DNA of 64,000 nt from Chloroflexota bacterium (lineage in GTDB: Bacteria > Chloroflexota > Anaerolineae > J102). Positions within the stretch are counted from its first letter, which is position 1. Each line of letters starts with the position of its first letter. The notes under the pieces were generated by a model that was not told the origin of the DNA, ran no database searches, and worked only from the letters and a program-made list of their open reading frames with translations. A program made the translations under genes and the position numbers. This document shows, in pieces, positions 38,447 through 50,882 of the stretch. The DNA lies in the NCBI GenBank assembly GCA_041918515.1, contig JAYRVO010000089.1, positions 67,921 to 131,920 on the forward strand, read 5' to 3'.

Positions 38447-40249
38447 CTACCTGCCCATCAACACCAGCGCATTCAGCGCTCCATCCGGGCGCAGATCGCC
38501 GAACCCACCAGCTTGCGCGCCCACCGCTGGCGGCTCGCCCTGGAGTCGGGTGTTGGCGCTGACATAGACGGTCGTCCCACCGATCACCCACTTGCCCTGC
38601 GGGAAATCGGGCGCTCCCGCATCGGGACGCTCCGTCACTTCACCGCGGAAAGGCAGGCGCGGGGGCGGCGTCACACGCGCCATTTTGGCCTGGATGGTCT
38701 GGTCGTCCAGCTTGTCGCCGGCGCCCTTCACCCAGGCGCCCACCTGCACCGTGGCCGGGTCCACATTGATGCGTGTGTCGCGGCTGACGATGACAGTCCA
38801 CGAACGGGCGGGCTCATCCTGGCGCGCGGGCAGCGTGATCACCCAGGCCCATTCGCTCGGCTCGGCCTGCGGGGTGGGCAGGATTTCGGTGACGAAACCC
38901 ATGAACGGCGCTTCTTCGTGCTCATCATCCAGCTTGACGATCATCTGGGCGAGCACCGAGCCATCCGCCATCTCCATGCCCTTGACGCCTACACGGTCGC
39001 CCACGGACGGGTTGCCGATGATGCGGGTCTGTTCGTCGATCAGGACAGTCTTCTCATGTTCATTCACCAACACTTTCCAGCTTTCCTCGGCGATGGCGGT
39101 GACGACGCCGCGGAATACAACCAGATGGCCGGGCGCTTCGTCGCGAACCTGGATGTGTTTCGCCAACAGCCCGCTTTCGGTGCGTTGCACATGGGCCGTG
39201 GCAAAATCATCGATGTCGGGATGGTCGCCTTCGATGCGGGTCTCGGCATCGATCAGGACTTCCTGTCCATCGATGACCCACTTGTTCGCGGCCATCGACT
39301 CGATCTTGCCGCGGATCACGTGCAGCGGCGGCGCCGGAGGGTCTAGGACGCGGATGCGCTTGGCCAGCAGACCGGCATTGGTGCGCTCGACGCGCGCCAC
39401 GGCCATGTCACCCACATCGGGGTGGTCGCCTTCGATCACGGTGTTGGCGTCGATCAGAACGACCTGACCGGCGATCGTCCAACGATCGGCGGCGATGGCG
39501 TCGATGCGGCCCTGCACGGCTTGCGGCGGCGGCGGCGGCGGGGCGTCGTGGACCTCGATGTGTTTGGCCAGCAGCCCGGCATCCGTGCGCACCGCCACAG
39601 CCGCGGCGAGATCACCCACATCAGGATGATCGCCCTCGATCACCGTCTCACTATTGATGAGGAGTTCGCGACCATCGATGGTCCATTTGTCCGTAGCGAT
39701 AGCTTCGATGCGGCCACGCACGACCACGGGCGGAGGAGGCGGTGGGTCGTGAACCTGGATGCGCTTGGCCAGCAAGCCGGCTGCGGTGCGCTCGACGCGC
39801 GCCATCGCCATATCGCCCACATCTGGGTGATCACCCTCGATGACGGTGTCGCTATCGATCAGCACAACTTGGCCGCCAATCGTCCACTGCCCCGCCGCGA
39901 GGGCGTCGATCCGGCCCTGCACCATGAATTGCGGGCGCTCGATCTTGGCAATGAGTTGGGCCACGAGCTGATCCTGGCGGCGATTGGCGACGACGTGAAC
40001 CCGGTCGCCCTGGTTGATGGCCTGGGCGTTAGGTACGAATTGAGTGTTAGGGGCGACGACGACGGTGCGGCCTTCGATCTGCCAGGGGCCGACGATGGTG
40101 GCGGGCTTCTGCTGCACCACGCCATCGAACACGACAGAGGCATCGGGAGAGCCAGGCGCGGCCAGGGCGATGGCCGTGGGCAGCGCCAGGGCGAGGAGGA
40201 CGATCAAGAAGAGGAACCTGAAACGGCGAGAGAGAAAAGTATCGATCAT
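38447..40249 (-). CDS. Secreted protein with ~5 tandem DUF5666-like repeats
   Basis: Signal peptide MIDTFLSRRFRFLFLIVLLALALPTAIALA. The unit RIEAIA(T/A)DKWTIDGRELLI(N/D)SETVIEGDHPDVGDLA...LLAKHIEVHD recurs ~5 times. The start is ATG 40249 with a GGAGG RBS. Confidence 0.65.
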   Translation of the reverse strand: MIDTFLSRRFRFLFLIVLLALALPTAIALAAPGSPDASVVFDGVVQQKPATIVGPWQIEGRTVVVAPNTQFVPNAQAINQGDRVHVVANRRQDQLVAQLIAKIERPQFMVQGRIDALAAGQWTIGGQVVLIDSDTVIEGDHPDVGDMAMARVERTAAGLLAKRIQVHDPPPPPPVVVRGRIEAIATDKWTIDGRELLINSETVIEGDHPDVGDLAAAVAVRTDAGLLAKHIEVHDAPPPPPPQAVQGRIDAIAADRWTIAGQVVLIDANTVIEGDHPDVGDMAVARVERTNAGLLAKRIRVLDPPAPPLHVIRGKIESMAANKWVIDGQEVLIDAETRIEGDHPDIDDFATAHVQRTESGLLAKHIQVRDEAPGHLVVFRGVVTAIAEESWKVLVNEHEKTVLIDEQTRIIGNPSVGDRVGVKGMEMADGSVLAQMIVKLDDEHEEAPFMGFVTEILPTPQAEPSEWAWVITLPARQDEPARSWTVIVSRDTRINVDPATVQVGAWVKGAGDKLDDQTIQAKMARVTPPPRLPFRGEVTERPDAGAPDFPQGKWVIGGTTVYVSANTRLQGEPPAVGAQAGGFGDLRPDGALNALVLMGR

Positions 40250-40525
40250 AGAGAACCTCCGAGTGGTGAACAAACAAGGGTTGTCGTTTATTGGGACGCT
40301 ACCACTCTTGAAACGATATGCGGCTTGACCTGTCATGAACAAACCTTCATGTATGCGACACTTTTGATCGTAGCAACGATCCACCCCTGGCACAATAGCC
40401 AATTGCTTACAACTCGCTGACAGTTCTGTTAGGAAAAGGGCCTTTGCCTTGTAGCCATGTGCTCGCCCATGCTACAATCCAGCCAACGTTCCCTTTTTCG
40501 TGTTGGTAGACAAAGGAGTCCCCCA

Positions 40526-43500
40526 ATGAAACGCAGCGCCCGCCTGATGACGCTTCTCGTCGTCATCGCCATCCTGATTTCCGCCGTGGTCCCCGCGGCG
40601 TTGGCAGCGACTTCTCCCACCGCCGGTTCTGGCTTCCTCGTTCGGCTCACCAGACCGGCGGTTTCGTTTTTCCGCTCCCTCGCGCCCGCCTCTGGCAACT
40701 GGTGCATCGCCGGCAGCTTCCAGGGCTGGAACAATAGCTCGCACGCCCTGGCCGATGACGGGGCCAACGGCGACGCTATCCCCGGCGACGGCGTCTTCAG
40801 CCTGAGCGCCGCCATCGCCGAACCCGGTCGTTATGAATTCAAGGCGGTCGAATGCGGCAACTGGAGCCGGGTCTATCCCGCGGCCAACGCCTGGTTCGAG
40901 ACGTCCGCCGCCAACCAACAGGTCGTCTTCAGTTTCGACGTCAACACTTACGCCACCGCCGCCGCGCTGCCGCTGAGCGACTGGTTGCCCGCCAGCAACA
41001 TCGTTCAAATTCGCGGCGATACCGCTCCGGCCGCCATCACCGCTGTGGGCGACTGGCAGGCCACATCCTGGACGAACAACGACCCCGCCACCGCCCTCAC
41101 CAACCTCGGCCGCGGGCGCTTCTTCGGCGCCTTCGTCATCCCCGCCGCCGGGAATTACAATGGCAAGGCCGTCAAGACCGGTAGTTGGGACGGCTTCGGC
41201 GCGGATGGGCGCAGCGCCGACGCCAAGAACATCGCCTTCGTCACCACCACCGCCAACCAGACCGTCTACTTCCTGCTCGACCTCTTCTACAACCAGGTCA
41301 GCGTGCGGGTGGCGAAGGCGCCAGCTGCCGGGAATTGGTGCGCAGCCGGGAGTTTCCAGGGCTGGAACAACAGCAGCCATGCTTTGACCGATGACGGCAG
41401 TAATGGCGACCTCATCGCCGGCGACGGTGTTTTCGCGCGCGATATCGTCGTTGCCGACGCCGGTCGCTATGAGTTCAAGGCGGTCGAGTGCGGCAATTGG
41501 AGCAAAACCTATCCCTCGAACAACGCCTGGTTCCACACCGCCGCCGCCAATCAAACTGTCAAAATCTCCTTCGACACGAACACCTACGGCGTGGGAGCCG
41601 CCGGCGTTACGCAAGCCTTCCTCGTCCCCAACACCAACATCGTCAACGTTGGGGGCGACAGCAGCCTGGATAGCTTCACCATCGTTGGCGACTTCCAGGG
41701 CTGGAACAACGCCGATCCCAACACGCTGATGACGCCGTTGGGCATGGGCCGCTTCGTCGGGCATGCCAGCATCGCCGCGCCCGGCAACCACATCGGCAAA
41801 GTCACGCGCACCGGTTCGTGGGATGCCTTCAGCCGCGACGGGCGCAACGCCGACGCCCCCAATCTTGAGATCACCACCACCGCCCCCAACCAGGACGTCT
41901 ACTTCTTCCTGGATACTGCCCGCGGTCAGGTGGAGTACTTCGTCCCCGGCGCCGGCCCCACCCCGACCCCCACGCCCACCCCGCCGCCGCCTGCCGAACC
42001 GGTCTACGCCGTCATCCACTACAACCGCCCGGCCGCAGACTACGGAACCCCCAGCTCGGACTTCAACACCTACTGGGGCCTGCACCTGTGGGGCGATGGC
42101 CTGGCCGATGGCGAAGGCACACAATGGACCAGCCCCAGGCCCTTCGCCGGGGTCGATGACGGCCCCGAGGGCTTTGGCGCTTATGTCGCCATCAAGCTCA
42201 AAGACCCGTCCAAGCCAGTCAACTACATCATCCACAAGGGCAGCGACAAAGACACGTCCAACGACCGCAGCTTCAACCCCAGCGCCCTGCCCACACTCTG
42301 GCTGAAACAGGGCGACGCCGCCAACTACGGTTCGCGCGCGGCTGTGGCCGGCAAAACCGTCGTCCACTACCGCCGGCCGGGCGGAGATTACGACGGTTGG
42401 GGCCTGCACCTGTGGGGCGACGGCCTGGCGCCGGGGCAAGCGACCGACTGGGCCAATCCCAAGCTGCCCGATGGCACGGATGATTACGGCGCCTATTTCA
42501 CGATCAACCTCTCCGACGCCTCCAAGCCGGTCAACCTCATCGTCCACAAAGGCGACGCGAAGGACCCTGACGCCGACCGCAGCTACACACCTGCCCAAAA
42601 CTACCAGGTCTGGCTGCAATCGGGCCAGGCGACCGTCTACAAGCAACGCGGGGCTGCCGAAGGCTATGCCCTCATCCACTACCGCCGCACTTTAGGCGAC
42701 TACAATGGCTGGGGCTTGCACGTTTGGGAGGACGCCGACGAACCCGGCGTCACTTGGGCGAATCCCCTGCAACCGGCGGGTCAGGATGCCTACGGCATCT
42801 ACTGGAAAGTCCGCCTCAAGCCGAACCCAACCAAAATCAGCTTCATCATTCACAAGGGCGACCAGAAAGACCCCGGCCCGGACGAATCCATGACCTTTGC
42901 CGGCGATGGCTTCGAGATCTGGAAAATCCAGGAAAGCGGCAAGAAATACCTCGACCCCGCCATCCCCACCGCTGTGCTGTCCTCCGGCGCGGTGGGCGAC
43001 CTGGGCAAGCAGCAAGCCCATTGGGTCAGCCGCGACACCATCGCTTGGGCGAAAGCCGCCGCTGGGAGCAATGTCTACACCCTGCACTACGACGCCAACG
43101 CCGGTCTTTCTCTGAAGAAGGGCGGCATCGAGGGTGGCCAAACCATCACCCTGACCTACGACCCCGCCGGTCTGAGCGATGCTATCAAGGCCAAATTCCC
43201 GCATCTGGCCAGCCTCGGCGCGCTGAAGATCGCCGCTTCCGACCTGGACAAAGTCCCCGACATCCTCAAAGGCCAGTTCGCCATCCAGTCGAAGGACGCC
43301 GGTGGGGCCTTGCTGGATGCCACCGGCCTGCAAATCCCCGGCGTGCTCGATGATCTCTTCACCTACGGCGGGGCATTGGGCGTCGCTTGGGAAGGCGATA
43401 CACCCGTGGTCCGAGTGTGGGCGCCGACGGCGCAGTCGGTCAGGCTCCTACTTTTCCCGAACGCCTACCCCGAAACCGAAGGCATCGCCTATCCCCTGTA

Positions 43501-46500
43501 CTTCACGCCCGATTCCGGCGTGTGGACGGTCAAAGGTGAGCCGTCGTGGAAAGGTCAATATTATCTGTACGAGGTCAAAGTATTCGCCCCCAGCACCGGC
43601 AAGATCGAGACCAATCTCGTCACCGACCCCTACTCGCTCAGCCTGGCGCTGAACAGCAAGCGCACGCAGATCATCAACCTGGCCGATCCGGCTCTGACCC
43701 CGGATGCCTGGTCGAGCCTGTCCAAGCCGCCGCTGGCTGCGCCCGAAGACATCAGCATTTACGAGTTGCACGTCCGCGACTTCAGCGTTAACGATCCGTC
43801 GGTCCCCGCCGACTTGAAAGGCACGTACAAAGCCTTCACCTTGCCCAACAGCAACGGCGTCAAGCACCTGAAGGCGCTGCAAGCAGCCGGGCTAACGCAC
43901 CTGCACCTGCTGCCGGTCTTCGACATCGCCACCATCGACGAAAACAAGGCCAACTGGCAGCAGCCTGATCCCGCCGTCCTCGCCACTTATCCACCCGATT
44001 CAGAAGAACAGCAGAAGGCCGTCGTCGCCACCGAAAACCTGGACGGCTTCAACTGGGGCTACGACCCCTTCCACTACACTGTACCCGAAGGCTCGTACAG
44101 CACCAATCCTGATGGCCCCACCCGCATCGTCGAGTTCCGCGACATGGTGGGGGCGATCAACCGCATGGGCCTACGCGTGGTCATGGATGTGGTCTACAAC
44201 CACACCAACGCCGCCGGCCAAGCCCCCAACTCGGTGCTCGACCGCATCGTGCCCGGCTATTACCACCGTCTGAACGCCAACGGCCAGGTGGAAAGCAGCA
44301 CCTGCTGCGCCAACACCGCCAGCGAGCACGCCATGTTCGAGAAGCTCATGATCGACTCGCTGGTGACATGGGCAAAATACTACAAGATCGACGCCTTCCG
44401 CTTCGATCTGATGGGCCACCACATGGTCAGCAACATGCAACATGTGCGCCAGGCCCTGGACGCCCTCACCCTGGCGGACGACGGCGTGGATGGCAAATCG
44501 ATCTACCTCTACGGTGAAGGCTGGAACTTCGGTGAGGTGGCGGACAACGCCCGCGGCGCCAACGCCACCCAACTCAACCTGGCTGGCGCCGGCATCGGCA
44601 CCTTCAACGACCGCTCACGCGACGCGGCTCGCGGCCCCCGGCCCTTCGATAGCGGCGAGGGCCTCAAGAAACAAGGTTTCGCCAGCGGCCTCTACTATGA
44701 CCCCAACGCCAGCAACCAGGGCACAGCCGCCGAACAAAAAGAGCGCCTGCTCTTGCTCAGCGACCAGATCCGGGTTGGGATGACGGGTAATCTCTCCGAT
44801 TACACCTTCCAAGATCGCACCGGCGCCCTGGTCAAAGGCTCGCAGGTCGACTACAACGGCAGCCCCACCGGCTACACCAAAGACCCGCAGGAAGCGATCA
44901 ACTACGTCGAAAAGCACGACAACCAGACGCTGTTCGACATCTACACCTACGGCATCCCGGCGGCCCGCACCATGGCCGACCGCGTGCGGGCGCAGAACGT
45001 TGGTCTCGCCACTGTCTTCCTGGGCGAGGGCGTGCCCTTCGTCCAGGCCGGCGCCGACCTCCTGCGCTCCAAATCCTTCGACCGCGATAGCTACAACTCC
45101 GGCGACTGGTTCAACAAAATCGACTGGACCTATCAGGCCAACAACTTCGGCGTCGGTCTGCCTGTCGCTGGCAAGAACGCCGAAAACTGGCCGATCATGC
45201 AACCACTGCTGGCCAACCCCGCGCTCAAGCCCGGCCCCAGCGACATCGCCCTCAGCCGCGACCTCTTCCAGGAACTGCTGAAAATTCGCACCAGCTCGCC
45301 GCTCTTCCGGCTGCGCACGGCCCAGGATGTGCAATCCCGCCTCACCTTCCTCAACACCGGCCTCGACCAACTCCCCGGCCTCATCGTCATGGCCCTCTCT
45401 GACCGCGTGAATCCCGACCTCGACCCGAACCATGACACGGTCGTCGTCCTGCTCAACGCCAACGACGAAAGCCAGACCTTCACCTCGCCCTTCGCCGGAA
45501 TGGACTTGCAGTTGCATCCAGTGCAGCAGCACTCGGTCGATGCCGTGGTGAAGACGGCCGCCTTCGACGCGAACACCGGCGTCTTCACCCTGCCGGCCCG
45601 CACTGCCGCCGTCTTCGTCGAGCCGGAACCGACGCCTATCACCGTGACGCTGCCCTTGCTGGCCGACACCTGGGTGAACGGCGGCCAGAAGACCACCAAC
45701 TTCAACGACTACGCCGCCCTCATTGCCCGCACCACCGGCCTGGACAACGTGCTACTCGTCTTCGACCGCAGCCCGCTGCCCATCGGCGCCGAGATCGTCA
45801 GCGCCAGCCTGGACGTGTTGACCACGCTGGAATCGGGCACCAAAGGCAAGGCGTTGGCCGTCCTCAACAACGTCGCCCCCTTCGACCCAACCAAAGTCAC
45901 CTACGCCACTGCTCCCGGCGTCTTCAACCCCGGCCCCGCCGCTTCCGTCCGCTTGGGCGCCATCACCATCGACGCCAAAGGCCAGGTGGCGACGTGCGAC
46001 CGCATGGATCAACAAGAGCATCTGGGCGGCAAATGCTATCTGGCCATCACCGCCGCTGGGCCGCTGGGCCGTGTGGCCATGCAAAGCCTGGAAAGTTGGC
46101 CGCGCGGCCAACAACCGCGGCTGACGGTGAGCTACATGGAGGGCACCGGTGTCAGCGCCGGGGATGCGGCCCTCGCCCGTCCGGCGGTGCAATCGCCCAT
46201 CCAGGACGAAGTCATGTATTTCGTCATGACCGACCGCTTCTACAACGGCGACCCTGGCAATGATCGTGGGGGCGACAGCGGAGATGCGGACGCCGACGTC
46301 ATCCGCCACGGCTACCGCGTCGCCGACAAAGCCTTCTACCACGGCGGCGACCTGGCAGGGCTGGCGAGCAAATTGGATTACCTGAAGAGCCTGGGGATCA
46401 CATCCATCTGGATCACCCCGCCCTTCACCAATCGCCCCACCCAGCAGGATGGCTCCACCGATCTGGGCGTCGGCGCCGGTTATCACGGCTACTGGATTCG

Positions 46501-49207
46501 CGACTGGCTCAACACCGACCCGCACCTGGGCACGAATCAGCAGATCAAAGCCTTGATCGACTCGGCCCACGGCAAAGGGATCAAGGTCTTTTTCGACATC
46601 GTCGCCAACCACTCCGCCGACTACATCCTCTACGAGAACAGCAACTACAGCTATCGCAGCAAGGCTGACTATCCCTACAAGGACGCCAACGGCCAGGTCT
46701 TCGATGACAGCGATTACGCCGGTGGAACCACCTTCCCGCCCCTCGACCCGGCCATTAGCTTCCCCTACAAGCCCTTCTTCCCCAGCCCCACCGACGCCAC
46801 GGCCAAGAACCCGCCCTGGCTGAACAACCCCATCTACTATCACAACCGCGGCAACTCCACCTTCCGCGGCGAAAACTCGCTCTACGGCGACTTCTTCGGC
46901 CTCGATGACCTCTTCACCGAGCAGCCCACGGTCGTCGCCGGCTTTGAAGACATCTTCAAGTACTGGATTCGCGAGTACAACATCGATGGCTACCGCATCG
47001 ACACGGTGAAGCACGTCAACATGGAATTCTGGCAGCAGTTGGCGCCGAACGTCATGAACTACGCCCAATCCCTGGGCAAGACGAACTTCACCATGTTCGG
47101 CGAGGTCTTCGACAGCAACCCCTCCTTCATGAGTCAGTACACCACTGCCGGTCGCCTGCCGACCGTGGTCGACTTCGGTTTACAGAGCCAGGCCACGAAC
47201 TTCGCCGCCAATTCGGATGCCACCGACAAGCTCCGCGACTACTTCTTCCAGGACGACTACTTCACCGACGCCGACAGCAACGCCTACAGTCTGGGCAACT
47301 TCATCAGCAACCACGACATTGGCCGCCTGGGGCGCAGCGTGCGCTCGGCCAACGCCGGCGCCAGCGACGCCGAGGACGTGGCCCGCGTCAACCTGGGCTA
47401 CGCCCTCATCTACTTCGCCCGCGGCTTCCCCATCGTCTACTACGGCGACGAACAAGGCTTCATCAGCGGCGGCGGCGACAAACTGGCGCGCGAGGATATG
47501 ATGGCCAGCCGGGTGCCAGAGTACAACGCCTACGACCTGATCGGCACCGACGCCACCACCGCCGTCGATAACTTCGACCAGAACCACCCGATCTACAAGA
47601 CCTTAGCCACCTACGCTGACCTGTTGAAGCAGCACAAGGCCCTGCGTCGGGGCGCCCAGATCCATCGCACCAGCGAAGCCGGCGCCGGCATCTACGCCTT
47701 CTCGCGCATCGACCGCGACGAGCGCGTCGAGTACATCGTCGCCCTCAACAACGCCGAAACGCCCAAATCCGCCACCTTCGCCACCTTCAGCCCTGGCGTC
47801 GCCTTTGACCAGATCTTCCCCGTCACGGTCAACCCCGTTCGGATCACAACCGGCGCCGATGGCCAGATCACGGTTCAGGCTCCTGCCCTGGGCGTCGCCA
47901 TCTTCCGCGCGGCCAAACCCATGCCCGCCAGTGCCGTTGCCCCCACCATCGCCTTGATGCAGCCAGGCAGCCAGGGCAAGGTCAATGGCCGCCCCGACAT
48001 CGTCGCCCAGGTTCCCGTCAACCAGATGGCCGAGGTCAGCTTTGCCGTCAAGGTCGGGGATGCGACCACTTTCACGCCCCTGGGGACGGACACGAACCCG
48101 CCCTACCGCGTCTTCTATGACGTGAGCGGACTGCCTGTGGGCACACAACTGGTCTTCAAGGCCATCGTCGATGACCTCAACGGTCATTTGAACATGGCCC
48201 TGACCTCGGCGACGGTGGTCGAGCCGCCGAAGCCGCCCGTGCAGGCAGGCTACGCCATCATCCACTACCACCGACCTGCCGGCGATTACGCTGGCTGGGG
48301 TCTGCACCTGTGGGGCGAGGGCGTGGACGAATCCGAGTTGCCGGAGTGGAGTAATCCCAAGCAGTGGAATGGCGAGGACAGCTACGGCGTATTCGCCTTC
48401 ATCAAGATCAAGGACCCCTCGAAGCCAGTGAGTTACATCATCCATAAAGGTGACGAGAAGGATACGCCAAACGACCGCAGCTTCACCCCCGCCGACCAGC
48501 CAGAATTCTGGGCCATCCAGGACAAGGCGGACAATTTCGCCAGCGCGCCGGCCGCCCTGGGCTATGTGGTCATCCACTACAAACGGCCCGCGGGCGATTA
48601 CGACGGCTGGGGCCTGCACCTGTGGGGCGACGCCATCGATCCGTCCGAAGCCACGCAGTGGGGTGCGCCCAAGTTGCCCACTGGAACCGACGATTATGGC
48701 GCTTTCTTCCAGGTCAAGCTCGTCGACCCCAGCAAGGCGGTGAATTTCATCATCCACAAAGGCGACGACAAGGATACGTCCAACGACCGCATCTTCACGC
48801 CCAACCAGACCGGCGCTTTCGTCTGGCTGAAACAAGGCGACGCCGCCATCTACCGACAGCGCGGCGCGGCGGAAGGTTACGCCCTGCTGCATTATCGCCG
48901 GACGAATGCCGACTACGGCGATTACGCCAGCGCCAATGCCGGCGACTTCTGGGGCCTGCACCTGTGGGGCGACACCAGCGAGTCGGTGGAGTGGACGCGA
49001 CCGCTCAAACCTGTCGGCCAGGATCGCTTCGGCGTCGTCTTCAAGATCGGTTTGAAGGCCGACCCCGCCGAGATCGGCTACATCCTCCATCGCGGCGACA
49101 CGAAGGACCCCGGCCCCGACCAGTCCCTGAACTTCGCCCGCTCTGGCTTCGAAGTCTGGCAATTGCAGGGCGCTGACCCGAACAAGCCATACCTGCTGCC
49201 GCGTTAG
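40526..49207 (+). CDS. Giant secreted bifunctional pullulanase (GH13, type I) / alpha-amylase (GH13) with multiple CBMs (amylopullulanase-like), 2,893 aa
   Basis: Signal peptide. Four N-terminal beta-sandwich starch-binding-like repeats in A-B-A'-B' order ([14 protein letters not shown]...; VGDWQ...SW...). Three CBM41/PUD-like modules ((V/I)[21 protein letters not shown]...). A pullulanase core ([39 protein letters not shown]). An alpha-amylase core ([10 protein letters not shown]...[43 protein letters not shown]). Four more C-terminal CBM41-like modules. The start is ATG 40526 with an AAAGGAG RBS. Confidence 0.85.
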   Translation: MKRSARLMTLLVVIAILISAVVPAALAATSPTAGSGFLVRLTRPAVSFFRSLAPASGNWCIAGSFQGWNNSSHALADDGANGDAIPGDGVFSLSAAIAEPGRYEFKAVECGNWSRVYPAANAWFETSAANQQVVFSFDVNTYATAAALPLSDWLPASNIVQIRGDTAPAAITAVGDWQATSWTNNDPATALTNLGRGRFFGAFVIPAAGNYNGKAVKTGSWDGFGADGRSADAKNIAFVTTTANQTVYFLLDLFYNQVSVRVAKAPAAGNWCAAGSFQGWNNSSHALTDDGSNGDLIAGDGVFARDIVVADAGRYEFKAVECGNWSKTYPSNNAWFHTAAANQTVKISFDTNTYGVGAAGVTQAFLVPNTNIVNVGGDSSLDSFTIVGDFQGWNNADPNTLMTPLGMGRFVGHASIAAPGNHIGKVTRTGSWDAFSRDGRNADAPNLEITTTAPNQDVYFFLDTARGQVEYFVPGAGPTPTPTPTPPPPAEPVYAVIHYNRPAADYGTPSSDFNTYWGLHLWGDGLADGEGTQWTSPRPFAGVDDGPEGFGAYVAIKLKDPSKPVNYIIHKGSDKDTSNDRSFNPSALPTLWLKQGDAANYGSRAAVAGKTVVHYRRPGGDYDGWGLHLWGDGLAPGQATDWANPKLPDGTDDYGAYFTINLSDASKPVNLIVHKGDAKDPDADRSYTPAQNYQVWLQSGQATVYKQRGAAEGYALIHYRRTLGDYNGWGLHVWEDADEPGVTWANPLQPAGQDAYGIYWKVRLKPNPTKISFIIHKGDQKDPGPDESMTFAGDGFEIWKIQESGKKYLDPAIPTAVLSSGAVGDLGKQQAHWVSRDTIAWAKAAAGSNVYTLHYDANAGLSLKKGGIEGGQTITLTYDPAGLSDAIKAKFPHLASLGALKIAASDLDKVPDILKGQFAIQSKDAGGALLDATGLQIPGVLDDLFTYGGALGVAWEGDTPVVRVWAPTAQSVRLLLFPNAYPETEGIAYPLYFTPDSGVWTVKGEPSWKGQYYLYEVKVFAPSTGKIETNLVTDPYSLSLALNSKRTQIINLADPALTPDAWSSLSKPPLAAPEDISIYELHVRDFSVNDPSVPADLKGTYKAFTLPNSNGVKHLKALQAAGLTHLHLLPVFDIATIDENKANWQQPDPAVLATYPPDSEEQQKAVVATENLDGFNWGYDPFHYTVPEGSYSTNPDGPTRIVEFRDMVGAINRMGLRVVMDVVYNHTNAAGQAPNSVLDRIVPGYYHRLNANGQVESSTCCANTASEHAMFEKLMIDSLVTWAKYYKIDAFRFDLMGHHMVSNMQHVRQALDALTLADDGVDGKSIYLYGEGWNFGEVADNARGANATQLNLAGAGIGTFNDRSRDAARGPRPFDSGEGLKKQGFASGLYYDPNASNQGTAAEQKERLLLLSDQIRVGMTGNLSDYTFQDRTGALVKGSQVDYNGSPTGYTKDPQEAINYVEKHDNQTLFDIYTYGIPAARTMADRVRAQNVGLATVFLGEGVPFVQAGADLLRSKSFDRDSYNSGDWFNKIDWTYQANNFGVGLPVAGKNAENWPIMQPLLANPALKPGPSDIALSRDLFQELLKIRTSSPLFRLRTAQDVQSRLTFLNTGLDQLPGLIVMALSDRVNPDLDPNHDTVVVLLNANDESQTFTSPFAGMDLQLHPVQQHSVDAVVKTAAFDANTGVFTLPARTAAVFVEPEPTPITVTLPLLADTWVNGGQKTTNFNDYAALIARTTGLDNVLLVFDRSPLPIGAEIVSASLDVLTTLESGTKGKALAVLNNVAPFDPTKVTYATAPGVFNPGPAASVRLGAITIDAKGQVATCDRMDQQEHLGGKCYLAITAAGPLGRVAMQSLESWPRGQQPRLTVSYMEGTGVSAGDAALARPAVQSPIQDEVMYFVMTDRFYNGDPGNDRGGDSGDADADVIRHGYRVADKAFYHGGDLAGLASKLDYLKSLGITSIWITPPFTNRPTQQDGSTDLGVGAGYHGYWIRDWLNTDPHLGTNQQIKALIDSAHGKGIKVFFDIVANHSADYILYENSNYSYRSKADYPYKDANGQVFDDSDYAGGTTFPPLDPAISFPYKPFFPSPTDATAKNPPWLNNPIYYHNRGNSTFRGENSLYGDFFGLDDLFTEQPTVVAGFEDIFKYWIREYNIDGYRIDTVKHVNMEFWQQLAPNVMNYAQSLGKTNFTMFGEVFDSNPSFMSQYTTAGRLPTVVDFGLQSQATNFAANSDATDKLRDYFFQDDYFTDADSNAYSLGNFISNHDIGRLGRSVRSANAGASDAEDVARVNLGYALIYFARGFPIVYYGDEQGFISGGGDKLAREDMMASRVPEYNAYDLIGTDATTAVDNFDQNHPIYKTLATYADLLKQHKALRRGAQIHRTSEAGAGIYAFSRIDRDERVEYIVALNNAETPKSATFATFSPGVAFDQIFPVTVNPVRITTGADGQITVQAPALGVAIFRAAKPMPASAVAPTIALMQPGSQGKVNGRPDIVAQVPVNQMAEVSFAVKVGDATTFTPLGTDTNPPYRVFYDVSGLPVGTQLVFKAIVDDLNGHLNMALTSATVVEPPKPPVQAGYAIIHYHRPAGDYAGWGLHLWGEGVDESELPEWSNPKQWNGEDSYGVFAFIKIKDPSKPVSYIIHKGDEKDTPNDRSFTPADQPEFWAIQDKADNFASAPAALGYVVIHYKRPAGDYDGWGLHLWGDAIDPSEATQWGAPKLPTGTDDYGAFFQVKLVDPSKAVNFIIHKGDDKDTSNDRIFTPNQTGAFVWLKQGDAAIYRQRGAAEGYALLHYRRTNADYGDYASANAGDFWGLHLWGDTSESVEWTRPLKPVGQDRFGVVFKIGLKADPAEIGYILHRGDTKDPGPDQSLNFARSGFEVWQLQGADPNKPYLLPR

Positions 49208-49217
49208 TCAAGTCAAT

Positions 49218-49252
49218 CAGGTGCGTCGCACTTGCAAAGTGCGACGCACCTG
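49218..49252 (+). terminator. 15-bp perfect-stem hairpin downstream of pullulanase gene (putative terminator/RNA stability element)
   Basis: caggtgcgtcgcactt-gcaa-agtgcgacgcacctg. A third partial copy (aatgcgtcgcacatcg) follows. There is no U-tract. Confidence 0.5.
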
Positions 49253-49428
49253 CCCATCAAATGCGTCGCACATCGATTCACCGCAGTTTTTGACAGTCAC
49301 TCTCTGCGCCTACTACAATGCACACGGTTGCAGGATCGCCTTTCGGCGAACCGGCATCGTTCTTTTTTCTTTCATTCCCCCCCAAATATCCTCTCTGATC
49401 CAAATCTTTCTTTCCGAGGTCTCGACCC

Positions 49429-49698
49429 ATGACCCATGTCATCGTAGACACCTGCATCCGCGATGGCGCCTGCGCCGAAGTGTGCCCCGTCGAGTGCATC
49501 GTCCCCGGCTTTCCCGAAGACAATTGGCCCTGGTACTATATCGATCCCGACACCTGCATCGATTGTGATGCTTGCACTGTCGAATGCCCGGTGGAAGCCA
49601 TCTTCACGGAGGGGGATGTCCCCGCCGAATTCAAAAAATCCATCGATTTCAACGCCCAGTTCTTCAAAGCGGGGCCGGGTTACAACTCGGCGCCCTAA
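49429..49698 (+). CDS. 2x[4Fe-4S] ferredoxin
   Basis: CxxxCxxxCP and CxxCxxCxxxCP cysteine clusters (CIRDGACAEVCP; CIDCDACTVECP). Confidence 0.85.
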   Translation: MTHVIVDTCIRDGACAEVCPVECIVPGFPEDNWPWYYIDPDTCIDCDACTVECPVEAIFTEGDVPAEFKKSIDFNAQFFKAGPGYNSAP

Positions 49699-49796
49699 GC
49701 CACACTTTTCACCTCTTGCCGGGAGACCCTTGCCTTTGGGCGAGGGTCTTTGTTTCTCCCTCACTCTATCCCCTTACCAATTCGGAAGGCACGAAC

Positions 49797-50513
49797 ATGG
49801 CTGATCCCAGCACTGAACCTACTATCGAGAGCATCCTTGTCGTCATGGCCCACCCCGACGACGCCGAATTCTGCTGTGGCGGCGTCGCCAAACAGTATAC
49901 TGACAAGGGCGTTGCTGTCACTTACGTCGTGCTGACCGGCGGCGACAAGGGCAATCACGACCTCGGCGTGACCGTGTCACAGGTCGTCGAGAAAAGGATG
50001 GAGGAGCAGCGTCGCGCCGCCGCAGTGCTAGGAGTCAAAGAGGTGATCTTTTTGGGCGAAGAGGATGGATTCCTGCAGCCCACGCGCGAGCTGCGCAAGC
50101 GCCTGGTGCGGATCATCCGCCAACTACGCCCGGACGTCATCATCTGCCAGAACCCTGGGGCTTACTTCTTCGGCAACAACTATATCAACCACCCCGATCA
50201 TCGCAACGCCGGTGTGGCTACCATCGAAGCCATTTTCCCTGCCGCCGGCAATCCCATGTTCTTCCCCGATCTGCTGGCCGAGGGCCTGACCCCCCACAAC
50301 ATCCATGAGTTGTGGATCTGCATGGTCGATGACCCGAACTTCAAGAGTGACATCACCCCCGAAATCGATGCCAAAATCCTGGCCCTGCGCCAGCATGTCA
50401 GCCAATTCGATGATCTGGATGAGATGGAGAAATGGGTGCGCGAGCGCTGGGTCGAGCAAGGGCCAGACGACGAATTGCGCTATTATGAAGGTTTTCAGCG
50501 GATGTCGTTTTGA
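49797..50513 (+). CDS. PIG-L/LmbE-family N-acetylglucosaminyl deacetylase (BshB/MshB-like)
   Basis: LVVMAHPDDAEFCCGG...HPDH match the LmbE zinc-binding motifs. The start is ATG 49797 with an RBS; the ORF is open from 49572. Confidence 0.75.
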   Translation: MADPSTEPTIESILVVMAHPDDAEFCCGGVAKQYTDKGVAVTYVVLTGGDKGNHDLGVTVSQVVEKRMEEQRRAAAVLGVKEVIFLGEEDGFLQPTRELRKRLVRIIRQLRPDVIICQNPGAYFFGNNYINHPDHRNAGVATIEAIFPAAGNPMFFPDLLAEGLTPHNIHELWICMVDDPNFKSDITPEIDAKILALRQHVSQFDDLDEMEKWVRERWVEQGPDDELRYYEGFQRMSF

Positions 50514-50519
50514 TAGTGG

Positions 50520-50879
50520 CTACGACTGCGCCACGACAAACGCAATCGCCTGCGCCTCTGTGTGCGACAGGCTGATAGCCCACTCTGTCAGGCCGAGGGT
50601 GGCGGCGCGGGCGGCGGCGGCGCCGTAGAGATGGAGGACAGGGGCGCCTTCCGCGTCCGCCAGCACTTCGATCTCCCGCCAGCCGATTTCGCCGATGCCG
50701 CTGCCCAGAGCTTTGGCTACGGCTTCCTTTGCGGCCCAACGCGCGGCCAGCGAAGCCACGCGCCCGCCATAACGCGCGATCTCCGCCTCTGTGAAGACGC
50801 GCTCCAGGAAGCGCTGGCCGTGGTGGTCCAGAACAGCCTGAATACGAGAGATTTCGACGAGATCGACGCCGGCGCGCAT
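50520..50879 (-). CDS. acpS: Holo-[acyl-carrier-protein] synthase (4'-phosphopantetheinyl transferase AcpS)
   Basis: GVDLVEISRI...FTEAE...WAAKEA(V/A)AKALG is the canonical AcpS motif set. 119 aa. Confidence 0.85.
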   Translation of the reverse strand: MRAGVDLVEISRIQAVLDHHGQRFLERVFTEAEIARYGGRVASLAARWAAKEAVAKALGSGIGEIGWREIEVLADAEGAPVLHLYGAAAARAATLGLTEWAISLSHTEAQAIAFVVAQS

Positions 50880-50882
50880 GGC

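Noticed and set aside
40472-49162. Long antisense ORFs (735 aa, 519 aa, 438 aa, 305 aa etc.) across the amylopullulanase gene
   Set aside because: Gly/Ala/Val/Asp-rich shadow ORFs on the opposite strand of a gene with clear GH13 and CBM41 signatures. This is expected in ~65% GC DNA.
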